From: an uncultured Microbacterium sp.
Lineage (GTDB): Bacteria; Actinomycetota; Actinomycetes; Actinomycetales; Microbacteriaceae
DNA: 64,000 nt
NCBI RefSeq assembly: GCF_913774665.1
Contig: NZ_CAJYHN010000008.1
Direction: 5' to 3' (one strand)
Shown: positions 57,988-64,000 of the stretch, in pieces
Position numbering within the stretch: the first letter of the stretch is position 1
How the letters are laid out: every line of letters begins with the position of its first letter
Notes under the pieces: model-generated
Told to the model about the DNA's origin: nothing
Databases searched by the model: none
Seen by the model: only the letters and a program-made list of their open reading frames with translations
Program-made: the position numbers and the translations under genes

Positions 57988-59603
57988 TCGTGGGTCTCGC
58001 TTCCGGTTGCGGGGCGGGTGAGGGAGGGGGTGCGCTCGACGGCGGATGCCGCGACGTCGGCGGCTCGACGGGTGCGCGCACCAGGGCGTCGGGCCGCGAC
58101 GGCGGCGGCGGTCTCTGCGGGCGACCTCCACGCCTGGGTGACGGGGGCTGCGTACCAGTAGTGCGCCATGGCGTAGCTGCGCCAGGGCGACAGGCGCTCA
58201 GACCACGCGGTGAAGCCCGCGGGGTCGGAGGGCAGCCCGAGCGCTGCGGCACCGGCGCGCGCCGCGACGTCGCCGGGCAGGAGCACGTCGGGATCGCCGA
58301 GCACGCGCATGCGCACGTAGTCGGCGGTCCACGGCCCGATCCCCCGCCGCGCCAGCAGGCGCTCACGTTGGTCGGCACCGTCATCACCGAAGCCCAGGGT
58401 CAGGCTGCCGTCCGCCAGCGCTTCAGCCGCCTCGACGATCGCGCGCATGCGCGCCGCCGGCCCCCGGAGGACCTCGAGCCCGCGTTCTGCGATCGCGGCG
58501 GGCGTCGGGAACAGCGTCATCGCCTCGGGGCCGACGCCGACCTGCTCCCCCAGCGCAGCGGTGAGTCGGCCCTGCATGGTGCGGGCGGACGCCACGCTGA
58601 TCTGCTGGCCGATCATCGCGCGCAGCAGCATCTCGTCGGCGTCGATCGCGCCGGGCACCCGCACGCCGGGGATGGCGGCGACGGCGGGCGCCAGCTGCGG
58701 ATGCCCGGCGAGAGCCTCGTCGATCGCGAGCGGGTCGGCGTCGAGGTCGAACAGGCGCCGCACGCGAGAGATGAGGGTGCCGAGGTCGGCGAGCGCCGAC
58801 AGCCGCGCCCGCAGGCGCAGGCGCCCGTCGTCGGCGAGGCGCACCTCGAACCACGCCGGCCCGCCCGGGAGGCGCACGACGCGCGCGAAAGAGGCGTCGC
58901 CGCCGACCTCGACCCCGGGGACCGCATGGGCGCGCATCCACCCGAAGAGCCCGAGGGTGTCGATCGGCCCGCGCACGGGCAGCGCGAGGTCGATCTCGCC
59001 CGCGGCCTCGACGCCCGAAGAGTGCGGCCGGCGGGCGCGCAGCTCGCGCGGGGGCATGCCGAAGACCTCGCCGATCGTGTCGGTGAACTGCCGCACGCTC
59101 GAGAAGCCCGCCGAGAACGCCACGTCGGCCGACGAGAGGTCGGTGCCCACCAGCAGGGCGCGGGCGGTGTGCGCGCGATGCGCCCGGGCCAGCGCGAGGG
59201 GGCCGGCGCCCAGTTCGGCCTGGAGCAGGCGAGTGAGGTGACGCGAGGAGTAGCCCAACCGCTGGGCGAGGCCCGGCACGCCCTCGCGGTCCACCACCCC
59301 GTCGGCGATCAAGCGCATCGCCCGAGCGACCACGTCGCCCCGCACATCCCACAGCGGCGACCCCGGTGCCGCCTCGGGCAGGCACCTCTTGCACGCCCGA
59401 TAACCGGCCTCGTGCGCGGCCGCGGACGTCGCGTAGAACGTGACGTTCTGCTCTTTCGGGGTGCGCGCCGGGCAGCTCGGGCGACAGTAGATGCCGGTCG
59501 ATCGCACGGCCGTGACGAACTGGCCGTCGAAGCGACGATCGCGCGACTGGATGACGCGGTAGCGCTCGGCGAAGCCGGGAAGGGCGGCGACGGTGGTGGT
59601 CAT
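57984..59603 (-). CDS. alkA: Ada regulatory domain / AraC HTH / DNA-3-methyladenine glycosylase II (AlkA) fusion
   Basis: N-terminal Ada zinc site ([23 protein letters not shown]...YRACKRC), then an AraC-type HTH, then AlkA_N plus an HhH-GPD domain. ATG at 59603. Confidence 0.88.
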   Translation of the reverse strand: MTTTVAALPGFAERYRVIQSRDRRFDGQFVTAVRSTGIYCRPSCPARTPKEQNVTFYATSAAAHEAGYRACKRCLPEAAPGSPLWDVRGDVVARAMRLIADGVVDREGVPGLAQRLGYSSRHLTRLLQAELGAGPLALARAHRAHTARALLVGTDLSSADVAFSAGFSSVRQFTDTIGEVFGMPPRELRARRPHSSGVEAAGEIDLALPVRGPIDTLGLFGWMRAHAVPGVEVGGDASFARVVRLPGGPAWFEVRLADDGRLRLRARLSALADLGTLISRVRRLFDLDADPLAIDEALAGHPQLAPAVAAIPGVRVPGAIDADEMLLRAMIGQQISVASARTMQGRLTAALGEQVGVGPEAMTLFPTPAAIAERGLEVLRGPAARMRAIVEAAEALADGSLTLGFGDDGADQRERLLARRGIGPWTADYVRMRVLGDPDVLLPGDVAARAGAAALGLPSDPAGFTAWSERLSPWRSYAMAHYWYAAPVTQAWRSPAETAAAVAARRPGARTRRAADVAASAVERTPSLTRPATGSETHE

Positions 59604-60178
59604 GGCATCCACCCTGCCATCGACCTCCGACATCGGCTGGCGGAAATCGGACACGGCCGTGACACCGCCGACGGGCACCCCTCGGGACCGCCGCGACCCC
59701 ACCGCCTCGACCCCACGGCGCGCCAACAGCGCGCGGCAACAGCGCGCGGCAACGCCGCGAGCGTCGCCGCCCCGCACGAGGCGCGAGATCCGGGGCCGGA
59801 TGATCAGTCCGTCGAGGGTCAGCTCGCCGCGCTGCACCTTCACGTCGGCGAGAGAGCCCTTGCCCGCAGCGGGCGCCGTCAGCGCTCACGGCAGCAGAGC
59901 CCCCGGTGCGGGCGAGATGGCCTGTTCGAGTCCGGTGATCTTCAGGGCGCCGCCGCCTCGCCGGGTCGACGGCGAGATCTCACCCGGCTCGATCCATACG
60001 ACCGGCACGATCCATCGTCCGGGGTCGCAGACTCCGATGTCCCAGGAAGCGCTCTGACGCGCGCCCAGCGTGAGGGCGTCACCCGACCAGCTCGACTCCC
60101 CCGTCCAGGACGACTCGGGCTCCCGCGCGCTGAGCGCAACCCCCGCGCGATGTCGGAACCCCTGAGTAGCGTGGCGGC

Positions 60179-61606
60179 ATGAGCGAACGCGAATACGACC
60201 TCATCGTCATCGGCGCCGGCCCTGTCGGCGAGAACGTCGCCGACCTCGCCGTGCGGGGTGGCCTCACCGCCGTCATCGTCGAGTCCGAACTCGTCGGTGG
60301 CGAGTGCTCGTACTGGGCATGCATGCCGTCGAAGGCCCTTCTGCGCAGCGCCGCGGCCCTACGGGCGGCGCGCGACGTCGACGGGGCCAAGCAGGCGGTC
60401 ACGGGCGAGCTCGATGTCGCGGCTGTGCTTCGCCGCCGCGACACCATGACCAGCAACTACGACGACTCCGGCCAGGTGCAGTGGCTCCAGGGCGCGGGCA
60501 TCGGCCTCGTGCGCGGCCACGGCACCCTCACGGGCGAGAAGACCGTGCGCGTCACCGCCGACGACGGAACGACCACCGACCTCGTCGCGCGCCACGCGGT
60601 CGCGGTCTGCACCGGCTCGGCGGCGCTGCTCCCCGACATCCCGGGACTGGCCGACATCTCGCCGTGGACGAGCCGCGAGGCCACCGCGGTCGAGCAGATC
60701 CCCTCCTCCCTCGCGATCATCGGCGGCGGCGTCGTCGGCGCCGAGATGGCCACCGCGTTCCAGAGCCTCGGCAGCGAGGTCACGATCATCGCCCGCTCGG
60801 GGCTGCTCGGCGGCAACGAGCCGTTCGCAGGCGAGCTCGTCGCCGACTCCCTGCGCGAGCGCGGCGTCACCGTGAAGATCGGTGCCGACACGACCTCGGC
60901 CCGCCGCGACGACGACGGCCGCGCCACGCTCGAACTCTCCGATGGCACGACCGTCACCGCCGACGAGGTACTCGTCGCGATCGGACGCACGCCCCGAACG
61001 CAGGATCTGGGGCTGGATGCCGTGGGGCTCACGCCCGGAGAGTGGCTCGACGTCGATGACACCCTGCTCGTCCGCGGCTTCGACTGGCTGTACGCCGTGG
61101 GCGACGTCAACCACCGCGCGCTGTTGACCCACCAGGGCAAGTACCAGGCCCGCGCAGCCGGCGACGTCATCGCCGCCCGCGCCAAGGGCGACGAGGTCGA
61201 CGACGCTCCGTGGGGCGCGCACGTGGCGACCGCCGATCACGACGCGGTGCCGCAGGTGACGTTCACCGATCCCGAGGTGGCATCCGTCGGCCTCACCGCG
61301 AAGAAGGCCGAGGAGAAGGGCCTGAACGTCACGGTGCTCGACTACGACCTCGCGAGCGTCGCCGGTTCGAGCGAACAGTCCGACTCCTACGTCGGAAAGG
61401 CTCGCGCGATCGTCGACCTCGACCGCGGCGTTCTGGTCGGCGCGACCTTCGTCGGCCCCGATATCGCCGAACTGCTGCACTCAGCGACCATTGCGATCGT
61501 CGGCGAGGTGCCCGTGAAGCGCCTGTGGCACGCGGTGCCGTCGTACCCGACGGTCAGCGAGGTGTGGCTGCGCCTGCTCGAGACCCTGGGGCGCGATTCG
61601 GCCTGA
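60179..61606 (+). CDS. Pyridine nucleotide-disulfide oxidoreductase (dihydrolipoyl dehydrogenase-like flavoprotein)
   Basis: GAGPVG FAD site, redox-active CSYWAC(M)PSK disulfide and a C-terminal dimerisation domain (HSATIAIVGEVP...HAVPSYPTVSE). Confidence 0.85.
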   Translation: MSEREYDLIVIGAGPVGENVADLAVRGGLTAVIVESELVGGECSYWACMPSKALLRSAAALRAARDVDGAKQAVTGELDVAAVLRRRDTMTSNYDDSGQVQWLQGAGIGLVRGHGTLTGEKTVRVTADDGTTTDLVARHAVAVCTGSAALLPDIPGLADISPWTSREATAVEQIPSSLAIIGGGVVGAEMATAFQSLGSEVTIIARSGLLGGNEPFAGELVADSLRERGVTVKIGADTTSARRDDDGRATLELSDGTTVTADEVLVAIGRTPRTQDLGLDAVGLTPGEWLDVDDTLLVRGFDWLYAVGDVNHRALLTHQGKYQARAAGDVIAARAKGDEVDDAPWGAHVATADHDAVPQVTFTDPEVASVGLTAKKAEEKGLNVTVLDYDLASVAGSSEQSDSYVGKARAIVDLDRGVLVGATFVGPDIAELLHSATIAIVGEVPVKRLWHAVPSYPTVSEVWLRLLETLGRDSA

Positions 61607-61831
61607 GTCGGGGCGGCGGGATTCCTTGCCGCCGCTCGGCTCGGCGGGTGCGCCTCCTTGCCGTGGCCTCCGGTGACCCCGCCCGAGCGGCCCGTCCGGT
61701 GCGCTCCCTGCCGTCGCCTCAGGCGGCCCTGCCGGCCTGGCGTTCGCAGGCCGCCTCCCGTCGCCGACCGACCGGCCCCCACGGGCGCACCGAGCCTCTG
61801 GGGCCGAGCCCCGCGAGGGTAGGGTCGCCTC

Positions 61832-62350
61832 ATGTCACGCTCCATCGCCCTCATCCGTGGAGTCGGTGGGCCCACGGCGATGAAGATGCCCGCGCTGCGC
61901 GAGGTCTTGGCATCCGCCGGTCTGGGTGAGGTCGAGACGCTGCAGGTTGCGGGCAACCTCGTGCTCGATCCGGGGCGGCGCAGCTCCGCCACCGTCGCGA
62001 AGACGGTGCGCGCTGCGGTGCGGGAAGGTTTCGGCTTCGACCTGCCCGTGATCGTCCGCACCCACGCCGAGCTCGTCGACGCGCGAGCGCGCAATCCGTT
62101 CGCCTCTGACGCCGAGGGCCGCTGGGTGCAGACCGTCTTCCTCGACCAGCCCGCAGCCAGGACGGCGCTCGAGCTTCCCGCCGGCGCGCCCGAAGAAGCC
62201 GTGGTCGACGGGCTCGAAGTCTTCGTGCGCTACCCCGAGGGCATCGGACGGTCGAAGGTGCAGGCGAGCTACATCGAGAAACACCTCGGTGTCGTCGGCA
62301 CGGCGCGCAACGCCAACACCGTCGCCAAGCTCATCGAGATGAGCGCGTGA
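61832..62350 (+). CDS. DUF1697 domain protein
   Basis: IALIRGVGG...KMPALREVL...VETLQVAGNLVL is typical of the DUF1697 N-terminus. Confidence 0.75.
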   Translation: MSRSIALIRGVGGPTAMKMPALREVLASAGLGEVETLQVAGNLVLDPGRRSSATVAKTVRAAVREGFGFDLPVIVRTHAELVDARARNPFASDAEGRWVQTVFLDQPAARTALELPAGAPEEAVVDGLEVFVRYPEGIGRSKVQASYIEKHLGVVGTARNANTVAKLIEMSA

Positions 62351-63272
62351 GCACGGCGGCATCCGCCGTGTCGACAGGTGCGGCCGCCGAGCGCTGACGG
62401 ATCGTCACGGCGATCGCCGCGCACGCGATGACCGCGAGTCCGCCCGCGACGGTTCCGAGCGTGAGCGGCTCTCCGAGCACGAGAGCGGCCCAGACCAATG
62501 ACAGCACCGGCTGGGCGAGCTGCAGCTGGCTGACGCGGGCCATGGGGCCGATCGCGAGTCCGCGGTACCAGGCGACGAAACCGAGGAACATGCTCACGAC
62601 GGCGAGGTACGCGAACGAGCCCCACGCGGCGGGGTCGGCGCTGATGGGCGTGCGGATCGCGCAGAAGAGGGTGACGCCGACCATCACGGGACTCGAGAGA
62701 ACGAGGGCCCACGAGATCGTCTGCCAGGCGCCGAGTTCGCGCGAGAGCACCCCGCCCTCGGCGTAGCCGACGGCTGCGGACGCGACCGCGCCGAGCAGCA
62801 GCAGGTCGCTGACCTGCAGTCCTCCGCCGCTCGATCCGCCCACCGCGAAGGCCACCGCGACGACGGCCCCGACCGCGGCCGCGACCCAGAACCCGCGGCC
62901 GGGTCGCTCGCGTGTGCGCAGCACCGCGGCCACGGCGGTGGCGGCGGGCAGCACGGCGATCACGACCGCTCCGTGACTCGCGGGCGCCGAGGTCAGGGCG
63001 AAGGAGGTCAGCAGCGGAAAGCCCAACACCACTCCCCCACCGACGACCGCGAGCCGCGCGGCCTGCCGGGCCGACGGCATCCGCGACCGCGTCACCGCGA
63101 GTGCGACCCCCGCGATCGCCGCGGCCACGCCGGCGCGCCCCGCCCCGACGAACAGCGGGTCGAGCTGCGCGACGGCGATGCGCGTGAAGACCACGGTGAA
63201 CGAGAAGGCGAGCACGCCGAGGCCGCCCCACACGAGGCCGCGCGTCGAGACGTATCCGGATGCCGACCGCAT
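62331..63272 (-). CDS. EamA/DMT family transporter
   Basis: Ten hydrophobic segments with a duplicated EamA architecture. ATG at 63272. The 3' end overlaps the convergent DUF1697 gene by 20 nt. Confidence 0.8.
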   Translation of the reverse strand: MRSASGYVSTRGLVWGGLGVLAFSFTVVFTRIAVAQLDPLFVGAGRAGVAAAIAGVALAVTRSRMPSARQAARLAVVGGGVVLGFPLLTSFALTSAPASHGAVVIAVLPAATAVAAVLRTRERPGRGFWVAAAVGAVVAVAFAVGGSSGGGLQVSDLLLLGAVASAAVGYAEGGVLSRELGAWQTISWALVLSSPVMVGVTLFCAIRTPISADPAAWGSFAYLAVVSMFLGFVAWYRGLAIGPMARVSQLQLAQPVLSLVWAALVLGEPLTLGTVAGGLAVIACAAIAVTIRQRSAAAPVDTADAAVLTRSSR

Positions 63273-63579
63273 CCCTCCACACTGCGAGATGGCGCGCCGC
63301 GCCCGCGCGGTCCACTGACCCCCGCGTGGCCTGCGCGCAGCATCCCTCACCCCGGTTCGGGGCGCATTCCGTGATTCGGGGCGGACATCTCCCGCCCCGG
63401 ACGACGAAACGCGCCCCAAACCCCACCCCCGCAGCGCCCCGCCCCACCCCTGCAACACCCCGCCCCCGCAGCGCCCCACCCCCGCCCGCAAACCCCGCCC
63501 ACCCCGCCCGCAAACGCCACGCCGCCCCCGCGACCGAGGCCACGAGGGCGGTCGGGAGGGCGGCGCGAAGCGCGACGGC

Positions 63580-64000
63580 TCAGTGGAAGAAGTGACGCTC
63601 TCCCGTGAAGAACATCGTGACGCCGGCGGCGCGCGCGGCGTCGACGACCTCGGCATCCCGAACCGATCCGCCGGGCTGGATGATCGCGGTGATCCCGGCG
63701 TCGATCAGCACCTGCGGGCCGTCGGCGAAGGGGAAGAAAGCGTCGGATGCCGCGATGGAGCCGGCGGCGCGGTCACCGGCGCGCTCGACCGCGAGGCGGC
63801 AGGAGTCGACGCGGTTGACCTGGCCCATGCCGATGCCGACCGTGGCCGAGCCCTTCGCGAGCACGATCGCGTTCGACTTCACCGCGCGGCACGACTTCCA
63901 CGCGAAGATGAGGCTCTCCATGTCCTCGTCGGCGGGACGCTCACCCGAGACGAGCTCCCAGTTCTTGGCGACCGACTCGATGTCGTCGGGGAAGCGGTCG
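63580..64000 (-). CDS. purH: Bifunctional AICAR transformylase / IMP cyclohydrolase, C-terminal part (5' end outside window)
   Basis: [16 protein letters not shown]...[10 protein letters not shown]...[11 protein letters not shown]...IQPGGSVRD...[11 protein letters not shown] is the conserved PurH C-terminus. Confidence 0.92.
   Translation of the reverse strand, partial: DRFPDDIESVAKNWELVSGERPADEDMESLIFAWKSCRAVKSNAIVLAKGSATVGIGMGQVNRVDSCRLAVERAGDRAAGSIAASDAFFPFADGPQVLIDAGITAIIQPGGSVRDAEVVDAARAAGVTMFFTGERHFFH

Overview
This window is a very high-GC actinobacterial chromosome segment; the gene content and repeats look Microbacteriaceae-like, which is inference only. It is mostly core metabolism and repair. 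Called genes include xthA, trpS, an Fpg/Nei glycosylase, an FMN-riboswitch-controlled ribD-ribE-ribBA-ribH operon, pckG, a ZTP-riboswitch-controlled glyA-folD operon, monomeric icd, an ada/alkA-ogt operon, the 3' end of purH, three ABC exporter genes and two MHS-type MFS transporters. A homoprotocatechuate meta-cleavage island spans about 24.0-41.7 kb. It contains gabD, a single-component flavin monooxygenase, IclR/TetR/GntR regulators, hpaE, hpaD, hpaH, hpaI and an unusual FAH-RraA fusion gene. The stand-out accessory region is a visibly lower-GC block at about 18.5-23.9 kb. It encodes a TasA/camelysin-like secreted protein, a dedicated archaeal/ER-type (SipW-like) signal peptidase, two YVTN beta-propeller proteins and one decayed paralogue. 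All of these carry the same SipW-type signal-peptide motif (G/S-A-Y-F/M-T). I could not match this architecture to any described system from memory. Intergenic DNA is rich in structured repeats: a dispersed hairpin family (GCACAACTCCTGCA...TGCAGGAGTTGTGC) at three loci, a second hairpin family (CGATAAACGC...GCGTTTATCG) at two loci, and several tandem repeats. No tRNA, rRNA, CRISPR, transposase or integrase was recognised. Many very long listed ORFs are high-GC artefacts. Start codons were chosen by eye and no database search was possible.
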